Counted from the first letter of the stretch, positions 8,502-18,674 are shown. The stretch is DNA of 62,879 nt from Patescibacteria group bacterium (GCA_041666845.1 JBAYGC010000008.1:1-62879); one strand, 5' to 3'. The notes: generated from the letters alone by a model not told the origin. Program-made: numbers and translations.

Positions 8502-8990
8502 ATGTGGTTTACTACTCATGTAATTACCGGCGTTGTAATAAGTCAGGCAATCCCTAATGCCCAGGCGGTGTTTGGCACGGCATTATTGTCACACATCATA
8601 ATAGATATCCTACCGCATGGAGACAATATTCTGATGGGCAATGATATGGAAGAACCACTTCATGCCAAAATTGATAAGAAAAGAGAATTCTTCCTTTATG
8701 CCTTTATCGATGCCACTTGCTCGCTTTCTGTACTTGCTGTTTTAATATTTTCAAAAAAAATGGATCTGGTACTATTGTTCTGGGGAATATTTGGAGCGGT
8801 TATCTTTGATATTATCAGTAGCATCAATTATTTTACCAGATGGAAATGGCTGAATAAGTTTGAACGCTTTCATATTTGGCTACACACGTTACTGACCAGA
8901 TATTTCAAAAAAGGCGATATTTCCCCAAAATTCGCCCTAGGTTTACAAATTTTATTTGTTGTTGTAGTATTAGGGGCGCTAGTCTACTAG
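8502..8990 (+). CDS. Polytopic membrane protein, possibly a YdjM/DUF457-like metal-dependent hydrolase
   Basis: 162 aa with 4-5 TM helices and conserved-looking His/Asp positions (SHIIIDILPHGDN). The family call is tentative. Confidence 0.5.
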   Translation: MWFTTHVITGVVISQAIPNAQAVFGTALLSHIIIDILPHGDNILMGNDMEEPLHAKIDKKREFFLYAFIDATCSLSVLAVLIFSKKMDLVLLFWGIFGAVIFDIISSINYFTRWKWLNKFERFHIWLHTLLTRYFKKGDISPKFALGLQILFVVVVLGALVY

Positions 8991-9005
8991 CAATTTTTGT
9001 TACTT

Positions 9006-9083
9006 GGGCTCGTGGTGTAGATGGCCTAACACGTCTCCCTGTCACGGAGAAGATCGCCGGTTCGAATCCGGTCGAGCCCGCCA
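9006..9083 (+). tRNA. tRNA-Asp (GTC), CCA encoded
   Basis: GGGCTCG TG GTGT..ACAC G TCTCC CTGTCAC GGAGA AGATC GCCGG TTCGAAT CCGGT CGAGCCC G CCA folds as a full cloverleaf. Confidence 0.93.
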
Positions 9084-9137
9084 GTACCAATTAAATAAAA
9101 AACTTAAAATGGGCGTCCTCGGAAAGGAACGCTTTTT

Positions 9138-9401
9138 ATGTATTATGTTTATGTAATAGAAAGCATAAAATTCAAAAGACTATACAAAGGATTTACAAGC
9201 GATATTCCTGAAAGGGTATGGAAGCATAACCAAGGTAAGACTTACTCCACAAAACCCTACATCCCCTACCGTCTGATTTATTATGAAGCTTTTTTGGATA
9301 TAAATGATGCCATCCAAAGAGAAAAGATTTTAAAAAGTAAGTGGGGTACTAAATTTATTAAGAGAGTGCTAAATAGTTATTTCAATAATAACAAAAGCTG
9401 A
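9138..9401 (+). CDS. GIY-YIG nuclease superfamily protein (stand-alone URI domain)
   Basis: 87 aa: MYYVYVIES..RLYKGFTSDIPERVWKHNQGK..YRLIYYEAF..AIQREKILK, which is the GIY-YIG motif order. It lies 55 nt downstream of tRNA-Asp. Confidence 0.8.
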   Translation: MYYVYVIESIKFKRLYKGFTSDIPERVWKHNQGKTYSTKPYIPYRLIYYEAFLDINDAIQREKILKSKWGTKFIKRVLNSYFNNNKS

Positions 9402-9459
9402 TATTAGATCAAAATTATGAACAGTTTTTGTTTTTAAAACAAAGTGTTACAATATAATT

Positions 9460-10332
9460 ATGAAAAATGTGTTAGTGCTCGCCAACCCAAATGCCGGTGT
9501 AGAAGCATTGTTTTTACTGGCCAGGATGCAGTTACTGATCCGTTTAAAAAAGGAGTCTGTTTTTTATCAAATATATGAAACTATCGAGCAGGTTCCCAGG
9601 AAAGTGCTGAAAAGCCCCGTCGACAGAATAATCGTATTGGGAGGTGACGGAACGTTGCATTTTGTAACTCAATATTTGTACAACAAAAAAATTGATACTC
9701 CAATCGCAGTAATTCCAACTGGATCGGGAAATATCTTTGCCTTGACCGTCGGTATACCCATTACAATCAATAAAGCCATTAAAACAGCATTGCACGGCAA
9801 ACCAAAGAGAATCCCGCTGGGCATAGTAAACAACAAACATCTTTTTATGTTAAGCGTTACTACGGGAGTGCATACTCAAATTATGGAAAAAACACCCCGC
9901 TGGAGCAAGAAATTTATCGGGCCTGTCGCATACTATCTTAGGTTACCAATTGATTTAGCCAGGATTAAGCAACACGAATATCAGATCACCCTGGATAATA
10001 ATCAGATGATCAAAGGTAAGGCCAGTTCCGTCTTTGTGTTTAATGGCATGCCGAAAATACCACGCGAGCCATTTACTAGTATGAATTTCTTTTCTGCAAA
10101 ATTATATGTCTTGGTTGTCGATGCGGTCGGTGCCAAAGAGATAACCCAGCTTTTTACATCAATATTCATCCAGGGCAAGCTGCCGCCTAAAGGCGCTCAG
10201 TTTTATGAAACAAAATCGTTATTGCTTATTACTAAAAATTCCGCCAACAGATTTGATTCGGAACAAAGCAAACTGAAACGCATGAAAATCAAAACGATTC
10301 CCGGGGCGATGCGCTATGTTTTTCCAAAATAA
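9460..10332 (+). CDS. Diacylglycerol/lipid kinase catalytic-domain protein (YegS/LCB5-like)
   Basis: 290 aa with the VLGGDGTLHFV signature and an N-terminal VLANPNAG. Confidence 0.75.
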   Translation: MKNVLVLANPNAGVEALFLLARMQLLIRLKKESVFYQIYETIEQVPRKVLKSPVDRIIVLGGDGTLHFVTQYLYNKKIDTPIAVIPTGSGNIFALTVGIPITINKAIKTALHGKPKRIPLGIVNNKHLFMLSVTTGVHTQIMEKTPRWSKKFIGPVAYYLRLPIDLARIKQHEYQITLDNNQMIKGKASSVFVFNGMPKIPREPFTSMNFFSAKLYVLVVDAVGAKEITQLFTSIFIQGKLPPKGAQFYETKSLLLITKNSANRFDSEQSKLKRMKIKTIPGAMRYVFPK

Positions 10333-10343
10333 TATTATACATT

Positions 10344-10370
10344 AAAAGCCCCCGGATCGGGGGCTTTTTT
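10344..10370. terminator. Bidirectional rho-independent terminator
   Basis: AAAAGCCCCCGGATCGGGGGCTTTTTTT lies between convergent genes. Confidence 0.85.
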
Positions 10371-13300
10371 TAATCCGCATCGATTATTCTCAAATTTGGA
10401 CCCCCGTCACCACGGGGCAAAACCAGCAGTTCATCCCGCCCGTCAGCATCCGTATCACCGGAGCTGATATCAACCCCGCCCTGAAAAGTCTCGCTGTACA
10501 CTAAATATTCCCTTAATATTTCCGTTGCCGTCTTGTTGAATACGCGCACAATTGGTGTGGCATTGGGGCCAACTCCTACAATAATTTCATCCTTACCGTC
10601 CCCGTCAATATCCCCGCCGGCCAGGGAAACTCCCCCGCGGTAATTCGGATCAAACGCGTAAAAACCGGGATTCAGTTTTTTAATCATCCCCGGCTGAATA
10701 CTGAACATCTGAATATGGGGAGCGCCGGTCGCCGGTCCGGTCAGAATTTCAAACCGACCGTCATTGTCAAAGTCGAGTGTGATTGGTTTTATCCCGTACT
10801 TGAAAGTGTTCTTATCGTAAGCGAAGAAATTGGCTATGATTGTGCCCGTGGAATTATGAACCGTAACCTGAGGACCGCCGCCCGGACCGGCCGTTACCAC
10901 AATTTCATCTTTTCCGTCTTTGTTAACATCACCTGTTGCAATAAATGCACCGCCCTTAAACTCACCGTCTAAAGCAAAGAATCCTGGATGGAACAGCGTA
11001 CCGTCATAATTAAATATCCTGATGTGCGGTCTGCCACCCGGTCCCGGAGATGTAATAATCTCTTTTGTGCCATTACCATCAACATCACCGATAGCTACTC
11101 TCACCCCCGAACGCAAATAGGCGGCATAGGCAAAAAATGAAGATATCAGATTTCCATCCGCGTCAAAAACCTTCACCTGTGGTCCAAACCCTTCACCGGT
11201 ACCGACCACAATTTCCGCTCTGCTGTCACCAGTTAAATCATCAGATGCGGAAAAGAATCCGCCACGAAATGTTTCATCGTGAGTGAAAAATCCGGATCCC
11301 GCCACTACCGGACGATCGCCGGTAAATGGAACCGGGCCGTCAACTGTATGTTCGGTCTTGGGTACTTCCCCACCGACCGAAATGGCAAATCCACGTTCCA
11401 GTATTCCCGACTGACCGTCCGAGTTTGTAATGATTACATCATAATAACCGCCTGCCATCTGGCCGAAAGGCAATTCCACCGCAATTTGTCCGCTGGACTG
11501 GATATACGCGGCATTTACGGCGTGCTCACCAAAAGTAACAGTTGCTCCATGGCGGAAATTACTGCCGGAAATAAGAACCATTTTAGTGTCAGTCGTGTTG
11601 CCCGCAATTTCCTGCTGATCAGGATAGACCCCGGTAACCTGCGGTGCAGGATCGGTATATGGAGCTTCGCCGGTAATATCAACCGAACGGATTAAGTCAT
11701 TCCACGAATCAGCAACGTATAACCGCTTGCCGATGAGATCCACTGCCATGCCTTTCAGATTATTGAATTCAGCAACGCTTTTTTCGCCGTTTTTAAATCC
11801 CCTTTCTCCGGAACCGGCAATTAGTTTTGTCACACCCGTCGCAGTGCTGACAACTCGAATTCTATGTGATCCGACTTCAGTTACGTATAGATTACCGTCC
11901 GGTGCCCACTTTACATATTCCGGATAAGAAAATACGGCATCCGTACCAATTGCATCCCGATAACCGGCGGTTCCTGAACCGGCTAACGTTGTTACCGCTC
12001 CTGTTGCAATCGCAATTTTCCTGATGCGCTGGTTATTTGTATCAGCAATGTATAGAAACTCTCCTTCTGAATCAATTGTAATCCCGAACGGTTTATTGAA
12101 TTTAGCCTCCGACCCTACCCCGTCCGCGTATCCTTCCACACCGGATCCGGCAACCAAGCTGGTCTGCCCGTCCGAAATACGAACTTTTCTAATTCTGTTA
12201 TTACCGGTATCCGTGACATAGAGATACGCGTTGTCGGGCGAAATTACAATCCCGGATGGATTATTGAAATATGAGCACCCGTCAACCGCCAAATCATATT
12301 CACCGGTGCATTTCTTACCGTCCTGATATCCGTTCTCTTCCGACCCTGTTGTATTGAACAACCCGGCGCCGGAAATAAGTGACGACCGGACAGGTGAAGC
12401 GGATAAGTCGACTTTTCTGATACGATTGTTCCAGCGATCAGCAACATATAGTGCCGTTCCGTCTGAATTAATGGTAATTCCCTGAATCGTACTGAAACGG
12501 ACAGCAGGATCTGTATCGGTACCTTCGCGGTAATTATCAACACTGCTGCCGATTACGTGGGCAGTCTGCTTCGTGGCCAATGTTATTCTTCTGATTTTAT
12601 TATTTTCAGCAACATAGATATATTCCCGGTCAGCAGACAATACCATATCATAAGGCCTGCCAAAAAGCGCGACTGAAGATGATCCGTTCACATTACCAAA
12701 GCGTTCCGCGCCGGCGAATGTCTCACTTGCCCCTCTTTCCACGTCACCTTCAATATTATTGAATTTTTCAATTGTGCCGATCCCCATATTCGAGACGTAA
12801 ATATAATCGCCGTATGATACCAGACCGGAGGGATAATTGATCGAAGCCATATTCGTATCCTCCGCATATGCCGAGGTGGTTTTTGTCGTCAGGTCTATTT
12901 CCCTGATCAAATCCGTATAACCGTCACCGTCGGATACAAATAAAGTATTGTCGTCAGCCAGTGCTACACCCCAGATATTTTCAAACTTTGCGACAGATCC
13001 GGTTCCTTCCGCATATCCCGCAGTACCTGATCCCGCGATCGTTGTTACCGTCCCGCTTGCCGTGCTTACACTGACCACTTTATAATTACCGCTGTTTGCC
13101 ACATAAACTACGGAACCGGTGGAATTGATTGCTATCTTTTTGGGATTACTTAAGCCGGCAGTGATTGTAGTTACCGTCCCGCCGGAAGTTGAAATCTTTT
13201 TTAAAGCATCATTCCCCGTGTCAGCGATATAAAGCGTACTGCCGTACACTGCGACTCCTTCCGGATTACTGAGCCCTGAACCAACCAGTGTTGTTACATT

Positions 13301-13717
13301 TCCGGCGGTAGAAATTTTTTTGATTTTACTGTTACCGGTATCCGCAACGTAAACATTGCCCGATGCATCCACCGCTACCCCGCGCGGCAGGGCAAATTCT
13401 GCAACAGATTTTGAGCCTGTTATATCTCCGTATGAACCGGTGCCCGCGACTGTTGACACAATTTCGGATGTATTTATTTTTCGGATCACATTATTATAAG
13501 TATCAGCAATGTAAAAATTACCTGAACTGTCAACGGTTATGTCTTCCGGAAAATCAAAATAGGCGTGCATGGCATCACTTCCGTCACCGCCATATATTTT
13601 GCCGACAAAAGTCTCTGTATCTCCGTAAGTCGCTTTTGCAATATTTGCAGAAAATAAAGACATAGCGAATACTACCGCAAACATAGTCAATAAATAGCGT
13701 TTTTGGTACTGATACAT
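10370..13717 (-). CDS. Secreted NHL-repeat beta-propeller / IPT-TIG / FG-GAP (VCBS-like) repeat protein
   Basis: 1115 aa with a signal peptide. It has many YVADTGNN-IRKI type blades, a TIG-like segment (VTGVYPDQ..SGSNFRHG) and C-terminal GDVDGDGKDEI FG-GAP repeats. Confidence 0.85.
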   Translation of the reverse strand: MYQYQKRYLLTMFAVVFAMSLFSANIAKATYGDTETFVGKIYGGDGSDAMHAYFDFPEDITVDSSGNFYIADTYNNVIRKINTSEIVSTVAGTGSYGDITGSKSVAEFALPRGVAVDASGNVYVADTGNSKIKKISTAGNVTTLVGSGLSNPEGVAVYGSTLYIADTGNDALKKISTSGGTVTTITAGLSNPKKIAINSTGSVVYVANSGNYKVVSVSTASGTVTTIAGSGTAGYAEGTGSVAKFENIWGVALADDNTLFVSDGDGYTDLIREIDLTTKTTSAYAEDTNMASINYPSGLVSYGDYIYVSNMGIGTIEKFNNIEGDVERGASETFAGAERFGNVNGSSSVALFGRPYDMVLSADREYIYVAENNKIRRITLATKQTAHVIGSSVDNYREGTDTDPAVRFSTIQGITINSDGTALYVADRWNNRIRKVDLSASPVRSSLISGAGLFNTTGSEENGYQDGKKCTGEYDLAVDGCSYFNNPSGIVISPDNAYLYVTDTGNNRIRKVRISDGQTSLVAGSGVEGYADGVGSEAKFNKPFGITIDSEGEFLYIADTNNQRIRKIAIATGAVTTLAGSGTAGYRDAIGTDAVFSYPEYVKWAPDGNLYVTEVGSHRIRVVSTATGVTKLIAGSGERGFKNGEKSVAEFNNLKGMAVDLIGKRLYVADSWNDLIRSVDITGEAPYTDPAPQVTGVYPDQQEIAGNTTDTKMVLISGSNFRHGATVTFGEHAVNAAYIQSSGQIAVELPFGQMAGGYYDVIITNSDGQSGILERGFAISVGGEVPKTEHTVDGPVPFTGDRPVVAGSGFFTHDETFRGGFFSASDDLTGDSRAEIVVGTGEGFGPQVKVFDADGNLISSFFAYAAYLRSGVRVAIGDVDGNGTKEIITSPGPGGRPHIRIFNYDGTLFHPGFFALDGEFKGGAFIATGDVNKDGKDEIVVTAGPGGGPQVTVHNSTGTIIANFFAYDKNTFKYGIKPITLDFDNDGRFEILTGPATGAPHIQMFSIQPGMIKKLNPGFYAFDPNYRGGVSLAGGDIDGDGKDEIIVGVGPNATPIVRVFNKTATEILREYLVYSETFQGGVDISSGDTDADGRDELLVLPRGDGGPNLRIIDAD

Positions 13718-13808
13718 ATGTTTTATTGTTATTAATTAACTATATACGTTTATTTTACCACAAACAAAAAAAGCGGACATCTTGCCCGCTTTTATAGCGT
13801 AAATTCAA

Positions 13809-14411
13809 TTACAAAACCGCTTTCTGAATCTCCTGTTCAAGCGTGGTGTAATCATTTAATTCCCGACCATTGATATAGAAGGTGGGTGTACCCTGGATAC
13901 GGAGATTTTCCCCTTCACTAATATCGGCATTTACAACATCTTTCTTGGCACGGGTATCAAGACAAGCATTAAATGAAGTGGTATCGATTCCTTCAATCTG
14001 GCTGGCGTATAATTTCAGATCATCCTTCTTTAGATTCTCCTGATTGTCAAACATTTTATCATGCAATTCCCAAAACTTGCCCTGGTCATTAGCACACTCC
14101 GAAGCAAGTGCCGCGTTAAATGCGTTTTCATGAATTACTGTTAACGGAAAATGATGATATTCGTATCTTATCTGATTGCTGAATTTACTTAACACAGTGT
14201 CCATATATTTCGCTCCGGTTTTACAGGCAGGGCATTGAAAATCCGAATATACCTTTACCACTACGCTCGCGTCAGCATTCCCCCTGTACGGTCTGGCCGA
14301 ATTAACATTATTGTAAGTAACTTTATTATCAGGCATCAACCAAAATATTACAGCACCGACAACAATCACTATTCCAATAATACTCAATATTATCTTGTTT
14401 CCCTTTTTCAT
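13809..14411 (-). CDS. DsbA-family thiol:disulfide oxidoreductase, membrane anchored (paralog 1 of 3)
   Basis: 200 aa with an N-terminal TM helix, a CPAC active site and the block ASECANDQGKFWELHDKMF. Confidence 0.85.
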   Translation of the reverse strand: MKKGNKIILSIIGIVIVVGAVIFWLMPDNKVTYNNVNSARPYRGNADASVVVKVYSDFQCPACKTGAKYMDTVLSKFSNQIRYEYHHFPLTVIHENAFNAALASECANDQGKFWELHDKMFDNQENLKKDDLKLYASQIEGIDTTSFNACLDTRAKKDVVNADISEGENLRIQGTPTFYINGRELNDYTTLEQEIQKAVL

Positions 14412-15187
14412 ATATTCTCCTTTTTAAAATTTATTATTTTATACCGATTATTAAGATACAGCCCCAGGCAGATCATGGCAATAGCTGCATATTGATTAGG
14501 GGTGAATCCGAACCAACGAGAATCAGCCATGGGTAGATCTTCAGCACGGAAAAAATCCGCTATAAATCTGCTGATCCCATACCAAATCAAGAATATAGTC
14601 GTATAGAATCCCTGCCTTTTGGACCATGTATAACGCTTCAGAAAAAGGAATATAACAAAGATTATAAGCATGCTTAATCCGTTATACAAAGATGTTTCAT
14701 GCCTGACTGTTCCGTCAAGATATTCCATACCCCAAGGAACTGAGGTTATCTTTCCCATATGATCATGAATCAGGAAGCACCCGATTCTGCCGATGAATAC
14801 ACTTAATGGAAGAACAAATAATATAGGTTCAGTCAGTTTCCAGAAATCGATTTTTTTTCTTTTGACATAAATCATAAATGCCGCAACTGCACCGATTATT
14901 CCACCGACCAGTGTTGCTCCACCTTCCCATATTTTAAATACTCCCAGCCAGTTCTCGTGGAACAAATCCAGATTGCCCAAAACATAGAAAAATCTGGCAC
15001 CGAACATTGCGGATATTATCACCCAGAAGCTTGCATCAATAATTTCTTCGGGATCGCCTCCATTTTTTTTCAGTTCACGCGCCGAAAAATATATTCCAAC
15101 CGCAAATGCTAAAGCAAGCATGGTTCCCCATGCTTGCAAAGTGATTGGTCCTATTTCTATACTGGTAACCTGAAAATATGGGATCAT
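14408..15187 (-). CDS. lgt: Prolipoprotein diacylglyceryl transferase
   Basis: 259 aa, polytopic. The N-terminus IGPITLQAWGTMLALAF and the GRIGCFL motif are typical of Lgt. Confidence 0.9.
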   Translation of the reverse strand: MIPYFQVTSIEIGPITLQAWGTMLALAFAVGIYFSARELKKNGGDPEEIIDASFWVIISAMFGARFFYVLGNLDLFHENWLGVFKIWEGGATLVGGIIGAVAAFMIYVKRKKIDFWKLTEPILFVLPLSVFIGRIGCFLIHDHMGKITSVPWGMEYLDGTVRHETSLYNGLSMLIIFVIFLFLKRYTWSKRQGFYTTIFLIWYGISRFIADFFRAEDLPMADSRWFGFTPNQYAAIAMICLGLYLNNRYKIINFKKENI

Positions 15188-15211
15188 ACCAGCCAGTTTC
15201 CAGATAAAGGA

Positions 15212-15967
15212 TTAATTAGCCAATGCCTGATCAATAGCAGTCTCGAAGCTTGCCTGAGGGATCGCACCGCTTAGCGGAGTCTTATTTCCGGCAGCATCAA
15301 CCATTACTGTGTAAGGTGTCCCTTTTCCGCCGGCTGCCTGAGCTTCCACCGCCTGATTGGCGACTTTTTCCTGATACTTGCGAGAATTAAAACAATCATC
15401 AAATTGGGTAGTATTCAATCCTAGAGTTTTAGCCAGCTCGGAATAATATCCCTCAGCCAATTTTGACTGATCATTATAGAGCGCGTCGTGGTATTCCCAG
15501 AACTTACCCTGGTCATTTGCGCATTCGGATGCTTCAGCGGCCGGTATTGCCTGCGGATGAATTGAAGTCAGCGGAAAATGTTTGTAAACCAGGCGAATGT
15601 CACCCTCATATTTATCCAGAAGCGCATCTAGTGTCGGGGCCAGTCTAGAACAGTACGGGCATTCGAAATCAGAAAATTCAATAAGAGTAACTTTCGCATT
15701 TTTATCACCGCGAATATGATCACTGTCGGTAATCGCCGCCAGCTGGATATTCACCGGTGCCGCTGTATTAGTATTAGCTTGGGCCGTGTTCGTATTGGCA
15801 TTGGTATTTGCTTTTGCTGTATTATTTGTATCTCCGTCACCGGACATTGATAATACCGTGATAAAACCGACGATACTGATAACAGCGATGCCTACGGTCA
15901 GACCAAAAACAAAACTGGCCTTCGAAGACATGTTTTCAAAAAAACCTTTTTTTTCTTGCTCGCTCAT
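15212..15967 (-). CDS. DsbA-family thiol:disulfide oxidoreductase (paralog 2 of 3)
   Basis: 251 aa with a TM anchor, an Asn/Thr/Ala-rich linker, CPYC and ASECANDQGKFWEYHDALY. Confidence 0.85.
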   Translation of the reverse strand: MSEQEKKGFFENMSSKASFVFGLTVGIAVISIVGFITVLSMSGDGDTNNTAKANTNANTNTAQANTNTAAPVNIQLAAITDSDHIRGDKNAKVTLIEFSDFECPYCSRLAPTLDALLDKYEGDIRLVYKHFPLTSIHPQAIPAAEASECANDQGKFWEYHDALYNDQSKLAEGYYSELAKTLGLNTTQFDDCFNSRKYQEKVANQAVEAQAAGGKGTPYTVMVDAAGNKTPLSGAIPQASFETAIDQALAN

Positions 15968-16044
15968 TTAATTATTTTCCCTTCTAGTTTAATAATTCAG
16001 TCCTGTCATTATAGACGAATTGAATAAAGTTGTAAAATATGGGG

Positions 16045-16416
16045 TTATAACGAATCTGGGTGCTCATGAATATCAATAATACTGCAAGCCAATATTGGGT
16101 CAATCCCCAGTTTTTTAGCCATAATAATCAGCTCTTCACTTTCTGTACCAGGGTTAAAGAATACTTGCTTGGGCTCTTTTTTAGCCACATCTTCAATTAT
16201 TCCAATACCAATAATCGGCGGCAAATAAATACTGACCCGATCAATATTCTTCTTAATATCCAGAATTGAACGATATACCTTCAGGCCTTCAATCTTTTTT
16301 TCCGCCGGATTTACAGGAAACACCTTCCAACCTTGCTTAAGATATGCCCTGACAGCTTTATTGCCAAACTTAGATCTGTCTTGTGAAGCACCAATGATTG
16401 CCACTGTTTTTTTCAT
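16045..16416 (-). CDS. CoA-binding domain protein (YccU/YneT-like)
   Basis: 123 aa starting MKKTVAIIGASQDRSKFGNKAVRAYLKQGWKVFPVNP. Confidence 0.8.
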   Translation of the reverse strand: MKKTVAIIGASQDRSKFGNKAVRAYLKQGWKVFPVNPAEKKIEGLKVYRSILDIKKNIDRVSIYLPPIIGIGIIEDVAKKEPKQVFFNPGTESEELIIMAKKLGIDPILACSIIDIHEHPDSL

Positions 16417-16456
16417 GATTGATCGCGATTATATAATTATTATAAATTATTAATTG

Positions 16457-17113
16457 CTACTCTACCTTACTGTCTTTGCTGCGTTCGCGCAACAAATGGA
16501 GTCCGATATAAGAAAGCGGCGTATAAAAGGCGCCCATTGCTACTTTATAAAGCCACCAGGAAATAATAATGCTGATCAGTGTCCCATTTGGGTATATGCC
16601 TAAAAACGCTATCACCATGAAAATAGTCGAGTCGAGCAGTTGGGACCATAAATTGGACAAGAACGAACGTAACCAAAAATATTTAATCTTCAGCTTATCC
16701 CGGAAGAAAAAGAACGACAGCACATCTTGATATTCCGCGATCAGGAAAGCAGCGAGCGAGGCGATGGCTATCCGGATTGAAATTCCGAAAATCTGATTGT
16801 AGCCTGCCTTTGCCCACTCACCATCCGGAGACCAGGGCACGGCCAGCGATAAAAATGAAAAGGCGATAAAGATTGCCGTGCTGACAAAACCCGCCAGCAC
16901 AAAGAACTTAGCGACGCGTTTGCCATACACTTCTCCAATAACATCCGTGGTTAAAAATACAATCGGAAAAGAAAAAACAGCTGCAGAAAGATGTGAACCA
17001 AAAATGAAGGGCATTATTTTCAGTCCCAGGGTGTTTGCGGCAAATAGCGAGGTAAGATATACCGCCAGTGCAATGATGAGTTTCTTGAACGAGCGCTCAT
17101 TAAGATTAATCAT
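16457..17113 (-). CDS. yhhQ: Queuosine-precursor transporter (VUT/YhhQ family)
   Basis: 218 aa with 6 TM helices and FPIVFLTTDVIGEVYGKR, as in the DUF165/YhhQ family. Confidence 0.75.
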   Translation of the reverse strand: MINLNERSFKKLIIALAVYLTSLFAANTLGLKIMPFIFGSHLSAAVFSFPIVFLTTDVIGEVYGKRVAKFFVLAGFVSTAIFIAFSFLSLAVPWSPDGEWAKAGYNQIFGISIRIAIASLAAFLIAEYQDVLSFFFFRDKLKIKYFWLRSFLSNLWSQLLDSTIFMVIAFLGIYPNGTLISIIISWWLYKVAMGAFYTPLSYIGLHLLRERSKDSKVE

Positions 17114-17240
17114 AGTATTCAGTTATTGGTCAATTTGATATAAACGGACGAAAGACTATACAACAAGGAAGGGAAAATAAAAAAACTATCCCCCCTTTGA
17201 ATATTTTAATGTCTATTTCACAACATAGGACCAATAAAAA

Positions 17241-17981
17241 TTAATCGGCCAATAATATATCAATTAATCCCTTGAATGAATCCAGAGGAATGACTCCTTC
17301 GACTTTAATTCCGTTAACAAACCAAGTCGGCGTACCGTTAACATGACAATAATAATCATCAACTGCCCCACCTTTTACCGGGATGACCATTGCATCCGTT
17401 CGGTCTTTTTCTATTTCCTTTATATACCGTCCACTATCCAGACAGGTATTAAAAATATTTTCATTAAGCCCCAGCTGCACGGCATATTGCTTCAAGTCAT
17501 CGACAGATAATTTATCCTGGTTCAGGTAAATCTTATCATGCATTTGCCAGAATTTTCCCTGTTCATTTGCACATTCAGCCGCTTCGTGAGCTTTTTGCGC
17601 GGATGGATGGATATCAGATATCGGAAAATCACGGAAGACAAATTGCACCTTATCACCATAGAATGATACAAGCTCTCTGATTATCGGATCCGCTTCCGCA
17701 CAATACGGGCATTCAAAATCTTCGAAACCAATAATTGTTACTTTAGAATTAGGCACTCCGATAGAAGGATCATTATCAACGCTGACATCACATACTTTAT
17801 TATTGGTAATCTCGCCTTCTGAATTTTTCAGCAATGTTATAATTTGATAAGCCAATATTGCGGCCAGAACAATTGTCAGCAACATAAACACCAGAATGGT
17901 GATTCCCCACCATTTTTTGTACCAGCGCTTTTTTTTAACAGCAGGCATCGGTATGATCGGATTTGGATTCAGTTCTTCCAA
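17241..17981 (-). CDS. DsbA-family thiol:disulfide oxidoreductase (paralog 3 of 3)
   Basis: 246 aa with a TM anchor, CPYC and AAECANEQGKFWQMHDKIY. Confidence 0.85.
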   Translation of the reverse strand: MEELNPNPIIPMPAVKKKRWYKKWWGITILVFMLLTIVLAAILAYQIITLLKNSEGEITNNKVCDVSVDNDPSIGVPNSKVTIIGFEDFECPYCAEADPIIRELVSFYGDKVQFVFRDFPISDIHPSAQKAHEAAECANEQGKFWQMHDKIYLNQDKLSVDDLKQYAVQLGLNENIFNTCLDSGRYIKEIEKDRTDAMVIPVKGGAVDDYYCHVNGTPTWFVNGIKVEGVIPLDSFKGLIDILLAD

Positions 17982-18016
17982 GGTTTTGATGTTATTTATC
18001 AGATATTATTATTATA

Positions 18017-18583
18017 TCATATTTGCATTAATGAATAACTATCCAAGACAAACAGTGCTAATGTTAGCAATAGTATCAGGTACAAGATTCTTTCGGTTAT
18101 GCCGCCCGTTTTTATCCTGAATGGTTTCGGCAATAAGTGAAAATTCTGTTTCCAGGGCCAGAGCAACGGAACACCATGATGAGTCATACCATCAGCAATT
18201 ATGTGACTGGCATAACCCAGCGTTAATACTAACCAAAACTCGTGGCCAACAATTTCTACCCATTGACCCAAAAACAAAAACAGAAAAAAACTTCCCCACC
18301 CCACCAAAATTACAGCCAGTATGGAATGGAAAGCCCCTCTATGCTTAAAAACAGATGACACAATCCAGCTGAGTAAATAAAAGGGTTTGAGCGCAATCCG
18401 ATTTCTTCCTCGACCGTAGCCGACCTCCAAGTGTTTGATTTTGGAATCTGACGCATCTAAATCAGGCAGTAAACCACCCAAAACTCCGACTAAAATTAAA
18501 AACGGGTTCCAAGAAAAACCGGAAAATAATGCTAATACCCAAACAGTGTTTGCACCGATAACAGCGTGTGTTGAACCTTTCAT
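18017..18583 (-). CDS. Membrane-bound metal-dependent hydrolase (YdjM/DUF457 family)
   Basis: 188 aa with MKGSTHAVIGA.., LLPDLDASDSKI, HRGAFHS and ASHIIADGMTHHGVPLLWPW. Confidence 0.75.
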   Translation of the reverse strand: MKGSTHAVIGANTVWVLALFSGFSWNPFLILVGVLGGLLPDLDASDSKIKHLEVGYGRGRNRIALKPFYLLSWIVSSVFKHRGAFHSILAVILVGWGSFFLFLFLGQWVEIVGHEFWLVLTLGYASHIIADGMTHHGVPLLWPWKQNFHLLPKPFRIKTGGITERILYLILLLTLALFVLDSYSLMQI

Positions 18584-18639
18584 TTCTATATTCTACCAAA
18601 GATTCGTGATTTCGACATCATCACAATGATTTCTTTTAT

Positions 18640-18668
18640 TTGACCTAATATTAGCCAAGTGATATAAA
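18640..18668 (+). promoter_or_regulatory. Promoter TTGACC-17-TATAAA driving GC-rich cassette 2
   Basis: TTGACC is at 18640-18645, followed by a 17-nt spacer and TATAAA at 18663-18668. Confidence 0.55.
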
Positions 18669-18674
18669 GGAAGT

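Noticed and set aside
17114-17240. A preQ1 riboswitch upstream of the YhhQ transporter; an AUAAAAAAACUAU string is present.
   Set aside because: The A-rich motif is on the plus strand while yhhQ is on the minus strand. The minus-strand leader shows no hairpin plus A-tail arrangement.
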